This document shows, piece after piece, positions 29,463-41,190 of a DNA stretch of 64,000 nucleotides. How positions within the stretch are numbered: the first letter of the stretch is position 1; every line of letters starts with the position of its first letter. Location: contig NZ_JBMOIR010000006.1 in NCBI RefSeq assembly GCF_049317225.1, positions 44,406-108,405 of the forward strand, read 5' to 3'. The notes below the pieces were generated by a model, which saw nothing but the letters and a program-made list of their open reading frames with translations, ran no database searches and was not told the origin of the DNA. Source of the stretch: Aquabacterium sp. (GTDB lineage: Bacteria > Pseudomonadota > Gammaproteobacteria > Burkholderiales > Burkholderiaceae_C). Made by a program: the position numbers and the translations under genes.

Positions 29463-30527
29463 ATGCACACCACACACGCAGCCGCTTCTTCATCGCTTTC
29501 TTCTTCCGCGCTCGACCTGCAGCGTGGTGCCAGCCTGCGGGAATTCAATACATTTGGGCTGCCATCGACGGCCTCTTGCCTGGTGCGGATCCACTCCGAA
29601 GCCGATGTGAAGCGGGTGGTCAATGACCCGGAACTGGGACCTGCTGCCAAATTCATACTGGGCGGCGGCAGTAACCTGGTGCTGACCCAAGACCTCAACC
29701 GATGCGTTCTGAAGGTGGAAATCAAGGGTCGGCGAGTCGTCGAATCGCGGGAAGATGCCTGGATTGTGGAAGTGGGGGCCGGTGAATCCTGGCACGATAC
29801 GGTGCAATGGTGCCTGGATCAAGGCATGCCAGGCCTGGAAAACATGGCCTTGATACCTGGTACGGTGGGGGCTGCGCCGGTTCAGAACATTGGCGCCTAC
29901 GGGGTGGAATTGAAGGACCGCTTTGAGTCCCTGGACGCCGTGGACCTGATCACGGGGCGCAGCGTCACACTCAACGCTGCACAGTGTCGGTTCGCCTACC
30001 GCGACAGCGTCTTCAAACAAGAGCTGACCAACAAGAGCGTGATCACGCGTGTCCGACTGCGCTTGCCACGCCCCTGGCAGCCCGTCACGGGCTATCTCGA
30101 GTTGGAACGCAAGATGGCAGAGACCGGCACTGCGGCCCCGGATGCACGGCAGATCTTTCAGTGGATCTGCGAGGTGCGCCGAGCCAAGTTGCCGGACCCG
30201 GCGGTCATCGGCAACTCGGGCAGCTTCTTCAAAAACCCCGTGGTCACGGCCGAGCAATGCCGCGACATCATCGGCCGAGACCCGGAGATCGTGCACTACC
30301 CATTGGAAGACGGCACGTTCAAGCTGGCGGCCGGATGGATGATTGATGCCTGCGGCTGGAAGGGCAAATCGATTGGCCGCGCCGGCGTGTATGAGAAACA
30401 GGCCCTGGTACTGGTGAACCGTGGCGGCGCCAGCGGCGCGGAAGTGGTGACCCTGGCGCGCGCGATTCAGGAATCGGTGTACGGCCGCTTCGGCATCCGC
30501 CTGGAACCCGAGCCGGTGGTGATCTGA
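29463..30527 (+). CDS. murB: UDP-N-acetylenolpyruvoylglucosamine reductase
   Basis: It has an FAD-binding domain ([25 protein letters not shown]) and the C-terminal GSFFKNP motif. I chose the ATG at 29463; the track ORF starts at a TTG at 29421. Confidence 0.9.
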   Translation: MHTTHAAASSSLSSSALDLQRGASLREFNTFGLPSTASCLVRIHSEADVKRVVNDPELGPAAKFILGGGSNLVLTQDLNRCVLKVEIKGRRVVESREDAWIVEVGAGESWHDTVQWCLDQGMPGLENMALIPGTVGAAPVQNIGAYGVELKDRFESLDAVDLITGRSVTLNAAQCRFAYRDSVFKQELTNKSVITRVRLRLPRPWQPVTGYLELERKMAETGTAAPDARQIFQWICEVRRAKLPDPAVIGNSGSFFKNPVVTAEQCRDIIGRDPEIVHYPLEDGTFKLAAGWMIDACGWKGKSIGRAGVYEKQALVLVNRGGASGAEVVTLARAIQESVYGRFGIRLEPEPVVI

Positions 30528-30547
30528 CGCTTGCCGCACAACGCACA

Positions 30548-30571
30548 AAGGGCGCCATGAGGCGCCCTTTT
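30548..30571. terminator. Bidirectional terminator between murB and ppnP
   Basis: The hairpin is AAAGGGCGCC-ATGA-GGCGCCCTTT, flanked by A and T runs. Confidence 0.6.
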
Positions 30572-30611
30572 GCTTACTGCGGGCCGCTTGCTGGAAGGGC
30601 CCGATCTGTCA

Positions 30612-30929
30612 TCAACCGAAGTGGCAGATGTAGTGGTAGGGCTCGCCCTCGACCTTGATTTCGAAGGACGAGTTACCGGGCACGTTGAAGCTTTCGCCGG
30701 CGGCGTAGGTCTTCCACTCGTCGGAGCCGGCCAGCTTGATGGTGGCCTTGCCCGCAACGGTTTCCATGATTTCAGGGGCGCCGGTATTGAAGGTCAGCGT
30801 CGAAGGCAGGATCACGCCAACAGACTTGCGAACGCCATCAGCCAGGGTGATGGTGTGGGACACGCACTTGCCATCGAAATAGACGTTGGCTTGGGTGGCA
30901 ACGGTGCCGGCCAGGGTGGTGGTGGTCAT
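30612..30929 (-). CDS. ppnP: Pyrimidine/purine nucleoside phosphorylase PpnP (DUF1255 cupin)
   Basis: The roughly 105-aa product contains ...[14 protein letters not shown]...[11 protein letters not shown]..., typical of YaiE/PpnP. I chose the ATG at 30929. Confidence 0.85.
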   Translation of the reverse strand: MTTTTLAGTVATQANVYFDGKCVSHTITLADGVRKSVGVILPSTLTFNTGAPEIMETVAGKATIKLAGSDEWKTYAAGESFNVPGNSSFEIKVEGEPYHYICHFG

Positions 30930-30951
30930 GTATGAATCTCCGGAATGAAAC

Positions 30952-30977
30952 AAGGCCGGCGCCTTGGCACCGGCCTT
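30952..30977 (-). terminator. Candidate terminator of argG
   Basis: The minus strand reads AAGGCCGG-TGCCAAGGCG-CCGGCCTTGTTTCATT. Confidence 0.5.
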
Positions 30978-30989
30978 TCATGGCAGCAA

Positions 30990-32465
<1,476 letters not shown>

Positions 32466-32631
32466 GGTCGAATCAGTTGAGAGAGACGAAACCTCCGATT
32501 TTAGTCGCCTGCACGCTTCACGGATCTTTACGCGTGCAAACAAGTGCGCTGTCTGCCGCGGGGCGTGTCGCCGCGTTATGTCATGACAACTGCCCTCACG
32601 GTGATGGGCAGCCCTGTCACAGGAGTCTTTC

Positions 32632-33297
32632 ATGACGGTTCGCCATCTTGTTCAACGCGTGGCCACCTTGGGTGCAGCAGGTCTGACGGTGCTGGGCACC
32701 GCCGCCTGTGCAGGCCCTCGCGTCGGTGAAGTGATGGGGACCCCCAGCGTGACCACGACGGTGGTGCAAGCCCGGGTGGTGGCGTCCACCCCCGTGGTGG
32801 CGCAAGTCAGCGTGCCCGCACAGGTGTGTCGCGACGAATGGCAGCAAGGCGCCGCACAAGGATCTGGCGCCGGTGCGCTGATGGGGGCCATTGCTGGCGG
32901 CGCCGCCGGCAACGCGGTCGGCAAAGGGGCGGGCAAGGCCTTGGCCACCGGAGTTGGCATCATGGCCGGCGCCATCTTGGGCAACCAGATTGAAACGAAT
33001 GGCCGCCCGGGCACGGCCACGCCGGTTCGCCGCTGCGAGCAACAGGCCGCTTACGAGAACCGTGTGGTGGCCTACAACGTGACGTATGAGTTCGGAGGCC
33101 AGCGCTACAGCACCCAGATGTCGCAGGAACCCGGCGCCACCATCCCGCTGCAGGTCACCTTGACGCCCATGGTATCGACCCCGACGCAGTCCAGCGGCTA
33201 TGTGGGCCAGCCCAACTATTGGGCAGCGCCACCGGCGGTCATGTATGACGACGATGACCGTTGGGAGCGCCCGCGGGGCCCGCGTCACTGGCATTGA
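32632..33297 (+). CDS. Glycine-zipper (17-kDa surface-antigen-like) outer-membrane lipoprotein
   Basis: The lipobox is LGTAAC. A glycine-zipper segment follows ([39 protein letters not shown]). Confidence 0.75.
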   Translation: MTVRHLVQRVATLGAAGLTVLGTAACAGPRVGEVMGTPSVTTTVVQARVVASTPVVAQVSVPAQVCRDEWQQGAAQGSGAGALMGAIAGGAAGNAVGKGAGKALATGVGIMAGAILGNQIETNGRPGTATPVRRCEQQAAYENRVVAYNVTYEFGGQRYSTQMSQEPGATIPLQVTLTPMVSTPTQSSGYVGQPNYWAAPPAVMYDDDDRWERPRGPRHWH

Positions 33298-33322
33298 TAT
33301 CTGACCGTCACCCCTCAGTGGC

Positions 33323-34447
33323 TCAATCAAACAAACTCAATTGAGGCTGTGGGGCATCTGAGGTCCGACGCAGAGCACTGGCACGGAACGAGCACACATC
33401 CAGCAACGGCAGGGTCGTGTCCAAGCCATGACGTGCCGCAGCCTTGCGCACACGCTGCTGAATCAACTGGGCCCACACACCCTCGCCTTTCATGCGCAAG
33501 CGAAAGTCTGCGTCGTAGGTCTGCCCGCCACGCAACTCACGAATGCGCGCCAGAATGCGCTCGGCGCGGTCCGGCACATGGTGTTGCAGCCATTCTTCAA
33601 ACAAGGGCCTGACCTCCCACGGCAGGCGCACCACGGTGTAGTGCACGCTGCGGGCCCCTGCCTCGGCCGCGGCGGCAATCAGGTGTTCGATTTCAGGCTC
33701 GTTGAGAAACGGGATGATGGGCGCCACATTGACTCCCACCGGAATGCCCGCCTGCGCCAGGCGCCGAACCGTTTCCAACCGGCGAAATGGTGCGGCCGCA
33801 CGCGGCTCCAAGGTTCGCGCCAAGCGCCCGTCCAGCGTGGTCAGGCTGATGGTCACGCACGCCTGCCCCCGCGCGGCCGACTCCGCCAACAGGTCCAGGT
33901 CTCGTTCAATGCCACTGCCTTTCGTGATGACCGTGTAGGGATGCTGGCATCGCTCGAGCACACTCAAGACGCTGCGCGTGATGCCCCATTCGCGTTCAAT
34001 GGGCTGGTATGGGTCGGTGGCCGAGCCGATGTTGATGGGACTGCAAACATGGCTGGGCTTGCACAAGGCCTCTTCCAGCAATGCCGCCGCGTTCACTTTG
34101 GCAACCAACTGGGTTTCGAAGTCCAGCCCCGGCGACAGATTGAGGTAGCTGTGCGTGGGGCGGGCATAGCAATAAATGCAACCGTGCTCACACCCTCGAT
34201 ACGGATTGATGGACCAGGTGAACGGAATGTCAGGCGAGTCATTGCGCGAGAGGATGCTGCGCGCCTGCTCGGGTGTCACCTGGGTAACCGGAGCGAGCCC
34301 TTCATCACCCGCCTCGACTTCGGCCCGCATCCAGCCGTCATCCACGGCTTCGCGCGACTGCCTGACAAAACGGTGGATGACCTGCGTGGCCGTACCTCGC
34401 CCCTTCACAGGCGCGGCTTCCACACGGCAATCTGGCACGGCACTCAT
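33323..34447 (-). CDS. PA0069-family radical SAM protein (SplB / DNA-repair-photolyase-like)
   Basis: The CxxxCxxC cluster is RGCEHGCIYCYARP and the conserved N-terminal KGRGT is present. I chose the ATG at 34447 because the longer track ORF (to 34486) would include the LexA box. Confidence 0.8.
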   Translation of the reverse strand: MSAVPDCRVEAAPVKGRGTATQVIHRFVRQSREAVDDGWMRAEVEAGDEGLAPVTQVTPEQARSILSRNDSPDIPFTWSINPYRGCEHGCIYCYARPTHSYLNLSPGLDFETQLVAKVNAAALLEEALCKPSHVCSPINIGSATDPYQPIEREWGITRSVLSVLERCQHPYTVITKGSGIERDLDLLAESAARGQACVTISLTTLDGRLARTLEPRAAAPFRRLETVRRLAQAGIPVGVNVAPIIPFLNEPEIEHLIAAAAEAGARSVHYTVVRLPWEVRPLFEEWLQHHVPDRAERILARIRELRGGQTYDADFRLRMKGEGVWAQLIQQRVRKAAARHGLDTTLPLLDVCSFRASALRRTSDAPQPQLSLFD

Positions 34448-34449
34448 AA

Positions 34450-34465
34450 CTGTATATTTATACAG
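34450..34465 (-). promoter_or_regulatory. LexA (SOS) box CTGT-N8-ACAG
   Basis: The sequence is CTGTATATTTATACAG, a perfect palindromic match to the beta/gamma-proteobacterial SOS box. It ends 2 nt upstream of the radical SAM ATG. Confidence 0.7.
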
Positions 34466-34498
34466 TATTTTAAATCTGGGCGCCAAACGCCTTTCAGT

Positions 34499-35215
34499 TC
34501 AAGACCACTCGACCGCTGCGGCAAACACATAGCCAGCGCCGTACACCGTCTTGATGATGCGCGGGTCCATGGGGTCGGATTCGATCTTGCGTCGCAATCT
34601 GGAAATGCGCACATCGATGCTGCGGTCCATGGGCGACAGGTTGCGATGGCCCACCAGCTGTTCCCGCGTCAGGATCTGATGCGGGCGCTCCAGGAAGGCA
34701 CGCAAGACCTGCACTTCGGCCACGCCCAGAATGTGTTCGGCCCCGTCGTCGGATCGCAAGGCATTGGCCGCACAGTCCAGAGTCCAGTTCAGGAATCGGG
34801 CCTGCCGCCGGACCTCACCGTGTGACGCGCCAGGTGCCACGGCCCGCCGCCGCAAGATGCTGCGCACACGGGCCACCAATTCGCGCGGCTCAAAAGGCTT
34901 GGTAACGTAATCATCCCCACCCAACTCCAGGCCCATGATGCGATCCACGGAGTGCCCACGGCCACTGAGGATCAACAGGCCCGCATGGCTTTGCAGGCTG
35001 ATTTGCCGGACCAGTTCAATCCCGTCCATGTCCGGCAAGCCCAGATCCACGATGCAGAGGTCCGGCCCCTGCGTCTGCAGGCGCCGCAGGGCGGACGCCC
35101 CCGTCTGGAAAGACTCGGTCTGAAAACCGAACTCCTGCAACACCGACGACACCAGCCGCGCGATGGAGGGATCGTCCTCGATCACATAAATCAATGCGTG
35201 GGTGGGCGCGTTCAT
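34499..35215 (-). CDS. OmpR-family response regulator (REC plus winged helix)
   Basis: The REC motifs are present (VIEDD, DLCIVDLGLPDMDG, KPF), with a C-terminal trans_reg_C-like domain ending ...IKTVYGAGYVF. Its start overlaps the kinase stop as ATGA. Confidence 0.88.
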   Translation of the reverse strand: MNAPTHALIYVIEDDPSIARLVSSVLQEFGFQTESFQTGASALRRLQTQGPDLCIVDLGLPDMDGIELVRQISLQSHAGLLILSGRGHSVDRIMGLELGGDDYVTKPFEPRELVARVRSILRRRAVAPGASHGEVRRQARFLNWTLDCAANALRSDDGAEHILGVAEVQVLRAFLERPHQILTREQLVGHRNLSPMDRSIDVRISRLRRKIESDPMDPRIIKTVYGAGYVFAAAVEWS

Positions 35216-37239
35216 GGCATCAATCCTGCCACGGCTGCGGCCAACTCCTTGGCGGTGAAGGGTTTGGACAACACGGGCAGGTCCGCCAGGGCATCCACAT
35301 CCGGCGCATAGCCGCTCATCAGCAGCACCTTCATGTGCGGATGATGCAGGCGAGCCAAGTGCGCCAACGCGACGCCATCGACCTCACCGGGCATCACGAT
35401 GTCAGTCAAGAGCAAATTGATGTCAGACATCTGGCCCAGAATGTCCAGCGCCTCTTGCCCGTTCGCCGCCTCGATCACTGCGTAGCCCAGATTCAGCAGG
35501 TTGCGCCGCGCCACGCGCCGCACGTCCGGATCATCCTCTACCAGCAAGGCCACGCCCTGACGGGGCACATGCGGGGCGATACCGGGCTCAGCAGCCGACG
35601 TGACCTCTGGGGGAATGTCGACCAGGGGCAGCCACAGGGACACGGTGGTGCCTACGCCGGGCTGACTTTGCACCTCGACGCTGCCACCGGACTGACGCAC
35701 AAAACCGTACACCATGGACATGCCCAAGCCCGTGCCACTGCCCGGGCGCTTGGTGGTGAAGAATGGCTCGAATACACGGGCCACCGTGGCCGCGTCCATC
35801 CCGACCCCATCATCCTGCACCGACAGGCAGGCATAGGCGCCTGACTGAATCTGCAGGCGCTCGGCCTGCTTGGCATCCAGCCAGGCGGTGCGAACGCGCA
35901 CCTCGATATGCCCTTGCCCCTCCGTGGCATCGCGGGCGTTGAGCATCATGTTGACGAGGGCGTTCTCCAGTTGAGGTGGGTCCACCCAGATCCACACGGA
36001 CTCGGGCGCGACCTCGCAGGCCAGGGTCAAGGTGGCCGGCAAAGCGGGGCGCACCAGCTTTACGACCGACGCGGCCAAGGCGCAACTGTCCACAGCACCT
36101 GCCTGCAAGGGTTGCTGGCGGGCAAAAGTCATCAAGCCACGGATCAGCTCAGCCCCACGGCGTGCCGCGGCAATGGCGGGCCCTGTAAATTCATTGACCA
36201 TGGGGTCGCCGGGGCGTGCATCGGCCAGCGCAGACAGATTACCGATGATGACGGTGAGGATGTTGTTGAAGTCGTGCGCGAGGCCCCCGGTCAGTTGCCC
36301 CATGGCCTTCATCTTCTGCGCTCGCACCACCAAGGCCTGGGACTGTCGTTCTTGCGTGACATCGAAGGTCAGTTCAAAGCAGCCCAGCACCTCGCCATCG
36401 GGCCCCAGATCCGGGATCAGCGAGGTGCGCACCGACAGCACCTGCCCCGCCTGGGTTTGAAGCTCGTAATCAAAGGTCACGGCTTCGCCGCCCAAGGCCC
36501 GCGTCACATTGGGCTTGATGCGCTCATACACCTCAGAGCCCAGAAACTCCCTCGCGCTGACCGCCTCGGGCCGCAAGGGGTCCAGCCCGAACCAGTCTCG
36601 GTAGCCGCGGTTGATGTAGGTGTAGTTGCGATCGCTCTTGAAGTACGCCACGAGGGCTGGAATGGAGTCGGTGACCAGCCGCATCTGGTGTTCGCTGCGG
36701 CGCAAGGACGTCGTGATCTCCTCGTTGGCCTGCAAGGCTTCCAGCAAACGCTGGTTGCTGGCCTGCAGTTCCGCCGTGCGGGCCGACACCCGCGTTTCCA
36801 GCTCGGCATTGGCCTGACGCAAGGCCTGCTCGGCCCGACGTTGCTCCGTGATGTCGGAATACAGGGTCACGAAACCGTGGCCCGGCAAGGGCTGACCGGT
36901 GATGCGCAAGATGCGGCCATCGGGCCGGACCCGCTCGATGTCATGCGGCACAAACAGTTGCGCCACCTCCACGCGCTTGCGCACGGCTTCGTCCACATCG
37001 TCTTCACCGTACTCCCCTCGCTGGGCGTTGAATCGGATGAAGCTCTCGAAGGGGGCTCCAACGTATGCAAGCTCAGGCGGAAAGGCCAGCAAGGCCAGAA
37101 AGGCACGGTTCCAGGCCACCATTTTGAGGTTGGCATCAAACACCGTGAGTCCCTGGTCCAGCAGGTCCAATCCCGCTTGCAAGGTGAGCTGGCGCCAATT
37201 GCCGTTGTCAGGGCGAGGCACTGGAATGGGGTCGGTCAC
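35212..37239 (-). CDS. Cytoplasmic hybrid sensor histidine kinase (PAS-PAS-HisKA-HATPase-REC)
   Basis: It has the H-box GGLAHDFNNIL, the N/G boxes (MLNARDA, GSGTGLGMSMVYG) and a C-terminal receiver (LLVEDDPDV...TDIVMPG). The start is uncertain: I chose the GTG at 37239, which has GGGAGA upstream; the track ORF starts at a TTG at 37281. Confidence 0.85.
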   Translation of the reverse strand: MTDPIPVPRPDNGNWRQLTLQAGLDLLDQGLTVFDANLKMVAWNRAFLALLAFPPELAYVGAPFESFIRFNAQRGEYGEDDVDEAVRKRVEVAQLFVPHDIERVRPDGRILRITGQPLPGHGFVTLYSDITEQRRAEQALRQANAELETRVSARTAELQASNQRLLEALQANEEITTSLRRSEHQMRLVTDSIPALVAYFKSDRNYTYINRGYRDWFGLDPLRPEAVSAREFLGSEVYERIKPNVTRALGGEAVTFDYELQTQAGQVLSVRTSLIPDLGPDGEVLGCFELTFDVTQERQSQALVVRAQKMKAMGQLTGGLAHDFNNILTVIIGNLSALADARPGDPMVNEFTGPAIAAARRGAELIRGLMTFARQQPLQAGAVDSCALAASVVKLVRPALPATLTLACEVAPESVWIWVDPPQLENALVNMMLNARDATEGQGHIEVRVRTAWLDAKQAERLQIQSGAYACLSVQDDGVGMDAATVARVFEPFFTTKRPGSGTGLGMSMVYGFVRQSGGSVEVQSQPGVGTTVSLWLPLVDIPPEVTSAAEPGIAPHVPRQGVALLVEDDPDVRRVARRNLLNLGYAVIEAANGQEALDILGQMSDINLLLTDIVMPGEVDGVALAHLARLHHPHMKVLLMSGYAPDVDALADLPVLSKPFTAKELAAAVAGLMP

Positions 37240-37456
37240 ATGGGTCTCCCGGCTCGGCCCACAACGGCCGATGAAACACAAAGCTTCGGGATTCTAGGCA
37301 GGCGCCCTTGATACAGCAGACCTGTGACGGGCTTGCAAACATTCGTCACATTTGCTGGGAGGTGGTGAAAAAGTCCTCCCCGATCATCCGGCCCTACGTC
37401 GCGCAGGTGGGTCAAGCGACCCTTTTGTGGTGCCTGCAGCGAGACACACGGAGACC

Positions 37457-39103
37457 ATGATGATCAGTGTAAACCCTTATGAGATCGGTTTAAACAAAAA
37501 TGCAGCCAACTATGTGAGTTTGTCGCCACTGAGCTTTCTCACTCGCACCGCACGCATCTATCCAAACCGCGTGGCGATCATCTACGGCGACCTGCGCCAG
37601 ACCTGGGCTGAGACCGACGCACGCTGCCGCCGCCTGGCCAGCGCCCTGATCAAGCATGGCGTCGGCAAGGGTGACACGGTGGCGGTGATGCTGCCCAACG
37701 TGCCGGCCATGTTTGAAGCCCACTTTGGCGTGCCAATGACCGGCGCCGTGCTCAACACGCTCAACACCCGTCTGGATGCAGAAGCCCTCGCGTTTCAACT
37801 GACTCACGGCCAGGCCAAGGTGTTGCTGACCGATCGCGAATATGCACGCGTGATCCGCGCCACCCTCGACTTGCTGGGCAAGCACGATCTGCTGGTGGTC
37901 GACGTGGAAGACGAGCTCGCCCCGCCCGGCGACCGCGTCGGCACCCTCACCTATGAGGCCTTGCTGGCCGAGGGCGATCCCCAGTACGTCTGGTCGCTGC
38001 CCGAAGATGAATGGGATGCCATCAGCCTGAACTACACCTCCGGCACCACGGGCAACCCCAAGGGCGTTGTCACCCATCACCGTGGCGCGTACCTGAATGC
38101 GGCCAGCAACGTGATTTCCTGGAACATGCCACAGCACACGGTCTATCTGTGGACGCTGCCGATGTTCCACTGCAATGGCTGGTGCTTCCCCTGGACCATG
38201 GCGTTGATCGCCGGCACCAACGTGTGTTTGCGCCGCATCGACCCCGCTGCGATCTTCTCACTGATCAAAGCCCACCACATCACCCACATGTGCGGTGCGC
38301 CCATCATCTACAACCTGATGATCAGTGCGCCAGCAGGCTTGCGTGAAGGCCTCACGCACACGGTCAATGGCCTGATCGCCGGCGCGGCGCCGCCCGTTGC
38401 CGTGATCGAAGGCTGCGAGGCCGCTGGCATCAACATCACCCACGTGTACGGCCTGACCGAGGTGTACGGCCCGGCCGCCGTCTGCGCCAAACACGACGAG
38501 TGGCAGAACCTGCCCCTGGAAGAGCGTGCACGCCTCAATGGGCGTCAAGGCGTGCCTTATGCACTGCAGGAAGACGTCACCGTGCTCGACACGCTGACCC
38601 TGCAGCCCGTGCCCTGTGACGGTGAGACCATTGGCGAAATCTGCTTCCGCGGCAATGTCGTCATGAAGGGCTACCTGAAGAACGAGAAAGCCACCGAAGA
38701 GGCCTTTGCGGGTGGCTGGTTCCACACGGGTGACCTGGCAGTGCGCGATGCCAGTGGCTACATCAAGATCAAGGATCGCTCGAAGGACGTGATCATCTCG
38801 GGTGGCGAAAACATCTCGTCCGTCGAGGTGGAAGATGCGCTGTACCACCACCCCGCCGTGATGTCGGCCGCTGTGGTGGCCGAGCCCGACGAAAAGTGGG
38901 GCGAGGTGCCCTGCGCGTTTGTGGAAGTCAAGCCGGATCACGATGTGAGCCAGGAAGATTTGATTGCCTTCTGCCGCGAGCACCTGGCTCGCTTCAAGGT
39001 GCCCAAGCGCATCGTGTTTGGCACGCTGCCCAAGACGTCGACCGGCAAGATTCAGAAGTACATGCTGCGCCAGCAGATGAAGTCGGCCAGCGCGATCGAG
39101 TAA
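37457..39103 (+). CDS. AMP-forming short/medium-chain acyl-CoA synthetase (plant AAE7/ACN1-like, not canonical Acs)
   Basis: The AMP-binding motifs are present (YTSGTTGNPKGV, TYGLTE-like YGLTEVYGP, GWFHTGD, SGGENISS). The 548-aa protein resembles acetate/butyrate-CoA ligase AAE7 along its whole length, as I remember that sequence. The ATG at 37457 is preceded by GGAGA. Confidence 0.85.
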   Translation: MMISVNPYEIGLNKNAANYVSLSPLSFLTRTARIYPNRVAIIYGDLRQTWAETDARCRRLASALIKHGVGKGDTVAVMLPNVPAMFEAHFGVPMTGAVLNTLNTRLDAEALAFQLTHGQAKVLLTDREYARVIRATLDLLGKHDLLVVDVEDELAPPGDRVGTLTYEALLAEGDPQYVWSLPEDEWDAISLNYTSGTTGNPKGVVTHHRGAYLNAASNVISWNMPQHTVYLWTLPMFHCNGWCFPWTMALIAGTNVCLRRIDPAAIFSLIKAHHITHMCGAPIIYNLMISAPAGLREGLTHTVNGLIAGAAPPVAVIEGCEAAGINITHVYGLTEVYGPAAVCAKHDEWQNLPLEERARLNGRQGVPYALQEDVTVLDTLTLQPVPCDGETIGEICFRGNVVMKGYLKNEKATEEAFAGGWFHTGDLAVRDASGYIKIKDRSKDVIISGGENISSVEVEDALYHHPAVMSAAVVAEPDEKWGEVPCAFVEVKPDHDVSQEDLIAFCREHLARFKVPKRIVFGTLPKTSTGKIQKYMLRQQMKSASAIE

Positions 39104-39194
39104 GCGCGGCGCAAGCACCAGCCCGCCCGCTGATCCCGAATGGGCGCCGCACCCCTGGCGCCCGCATCTCTTGCATCTCCCACAAGGAAAGACC

Positions 39195-39503
39195 ATGACC
39201 ACGGACATTTATCGCCGCGTGGAGGCTGACCCTGCCTACCAGCAACTCACCCAACGCCGGGGCCGCTTCGCCCTGGCGCTGTCCTTCATCACCTTGCTGA
39301 GCTATTACGCCTTCATGGCAGTGGTGGCTTTCGCCCCGAAGTCCCTGCACACCACCATGTTCGAAGGCGGAACGCTGACGATTGGTGTGCCCATGGGGGT
39401 GACCTTGATCCTCGGATCCTGGCTGTTGACGGGCTGGTACGTCCGCAAAGCCAACACCGAGTTTGACCAACTGACCCAATCCCTGGTGGAGCGCCATCAA
39501 TGA
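39195..39503 (+). CDS. yjcH: DUF485 inner-membrane protein (YjcH family)
   Basis: The roughly 102-aa protein has two TM helices and lies immediately upstream of actP, overlapping it by 4 nt as in acs-yjcH-actP operons. Confidence 0.85.
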   Translation: MTTDIYRRVEADPAYQQLTQRRGRFALALSFITLLSYYAFMAVVAFAPKSLHTTMFEGGTLTIGVPMGVTLILGSWLLTGWYVRKANTEFDQLTQSLVERHQ

Positions 39504-41170
39504 ACAAATTTGTGAAACTGAGCGCCGTCGCGCTGCTGCTGACCGCAGGCGTGGCCATGGCCGGACCGGGCGATGTGGGCCAAGCCCAAAAGCAACCCAT
39601 CAACTTCACGGCCATTGGCATGTTCCTCGCTTTTGTGCTGGCCACGCTGGGCATCACCTATTGGGCTGCCAAGCGCACCACCTCGGCCGCAGACTTCTAC
39701 ACTGCAGGCGGGGGCATCACCGGCTTCCAGAACGGCCTGGCCATTGCAGGCGACTACATGTCGGCCGCCACCCTGCTGGGCCTGAGCTCGATGGTGTTCC
39801 TGCGTGGCTATGACGGCTTCGTCTACACCATCAGCTTCTTCATCGGCTGGCCGGTGATCCTGTTCCTGCTGGCCGAGCGCATGCGCAACCTGGGGCGCTT
39901 CACCTTTGCTGACATCGCATCGTATCGCCTGCACCAAGGCTCCATCCGCACCTTTGCTGCCTTTGGCTCGCTGACGGTGGTCTGCTTTTACCTGATCGTG
40001 CAAATGGTCGGTGCGGGCCAACTGATCAAACTGCTGTTCGGTCTGGACTACCCGATTGCGGTGGTCGTGGTGGGTGTGTTGATGGTGATGTATGTGACCT
40101 TTGGCGGCATGATCGCCACCACCTGGGTGCAAATCATCAAGGCCGTGTTGCTGCTGGCCGGTGGGCTGCTTCTGCTGGTGCTGACCTTGGGTCACTTCGG
40201 TTTCAACATCGAAACGATGGCGGCTCGCGCCGTCGAAGCCCACAAGGATGGCGAAGCCATCATGCGCCCAGGCACCTTGCTGGCAGACCCGGTCACTGCG
40301 GTGTCCATGTCGCTGGGGCTGGTGTTTGGCACGGCTGCCTTGCCGCACATCATGATGCGCTTCTTCACCGTGCCCAACGCCAAGGAAGCCCGCAAGTCCG
40401 TGTTTGTGGCCAGTGGCTTCATCGGCCTGTTCTTCATCGTGGTGTGCCTGCTGGGCTTGGGCGCCATCGTGATCGTGGGGCAAGATCCGCAGTTCTTTGA
40501 AAAGGGTGATCTGGCCGGCAAGCTGGTGGGCGGCAACAACATGCCGGTCATGCACCTGGCCAAGGCAGTCGGTGGCAACCTGTTCCTGGGCTTCCTGTCG
40601 GCGGTGGCGTTTGCCACCATCCTGGCGGTGGTGTCGGGTCTGGCACTCGCCGGTGCGTCGTCCATTGCGCACGACATCTATGCCCGTGTGATCAAGCAAG
40701 GTCAGGCCAGCGAGGCCGAGGAAATGCGTGTCTCCAAGATCGCGTCCATCGTGCTGGGCGTGGTGGCGGTGGTCCTGGGCATCTTGTTCGAGAAGCAAAA
40801 CGTGGCCTTCCTGGTGGGGCTGACCTTCGGGATTGCGGCCTCGGCCAACTTCCCTGTGCTGCTGCTGTCCATCTACTGGAAGGGCCTGACCACACGTGGT
40901 GCACTGATTGGCGGCATCGTCGGTTTGCTGTCGGCCGTGACCTTTGTGGTGCTGTCCAAGGCAGTGTGGGTGGTTGTGCTGGGCTTTGAGAAGCCGGTCT
41001 TCCCTTACGAACACCCGGCCCTGTTCTCGATGCCACTGGCCTTCTTCTTCACCTGGCTGTTCTCGGTCACGGACAAGAGCGAACGCGCCGCGCTGGACAA
41101 AGCGGGCTTCCATGACCAGAACGTGCGGGCGCAAACCGGCATTGGTGCTGCTGCCGCCAACGCACATTGA
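39500..41170 (+). CDS. actP: Cation/acetate symporter ActP (SSS family)
   Basis: The 556-aa polytopic protein is a sodium:solute symporter-type sequence ([25 protein letters not shown]...). Confidence 0.9.
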   Translation: MNKFVKLSAVALLLTAGVAMAGPGDVGQAQKQPINFTAIGMFLAFVLATLGITYWAAKRTTSAADFYTAGGGITGFQNGLAIAGDYMSAATLLGLSSMVFLRGYDGFVYTISFFIGWPVILFLLAERMRNLGRFTFADIASYRLHQGSIRTFAAFGSLTVVCFYLIVQMVGAGQLIKLLFGLDYPIAVVVVGVLMVMYVTFGGMIATTWVQIIKAVLLLAGGLLLLVLTLGHFGFNIETMAARAVEAHKDGEAIMRPGTLLADPVTAVSMSLGLVFGTAALPHIMMRFFTVPNAKEARKSVFVASGFIGLFFIVVCLLGLGAIVIVGQDPQFFEKGDLAGKLVGGNNMPVMHLAKAVGGNLFLGFLSAVAFATILAVVSGLALAGASSIAHDIYARVIKQGQASEAEEMRVSKIASIVLGVVAVVLGILFEKQNVAFLVGLTFGIAASANFPVLLLSIYWKGLTTRGALIGGIVGLLSAVTFVVLSKAVWVVVLGFEKPVFPYEHPALFSMPLAFFFTWLFSVTDKSERAALDKAGFHDQNVRAQTGIGAAAANAH

Positions 41171-41190
41171 CCTTCACAGACGAGTAAACC

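Noticed and set aside
37323-37350. TGTGACG-N14-CGTCACA upstream of the acyl-CoA synthetase operon looked like CRP half-sites.
   Set aside because: The distance between TGTGA and TCACA is 18 nt instead of the 6 nt required for CRP/Vfr-type sites. It remains a perfect 7-bp inverted repeat and may be an operator for some other regulator, but I cannot support a specific call.
39497-41167. A 556-aa ORF lies on the minus strand exactly mirroring actP, with the same length and the same codon register.
   Set aside because: The antisense ORF is in the register where its stop codons (TAA, TAG, TGA) correspond to sense codons TTA, CTA and TCA, which are nearly absent in this GC3-rich genome. The predicted protein is Arg/His/Gly/Gln-rich nonsense, whereas the plus-strand product is an unmistakable SSS-family transporter.
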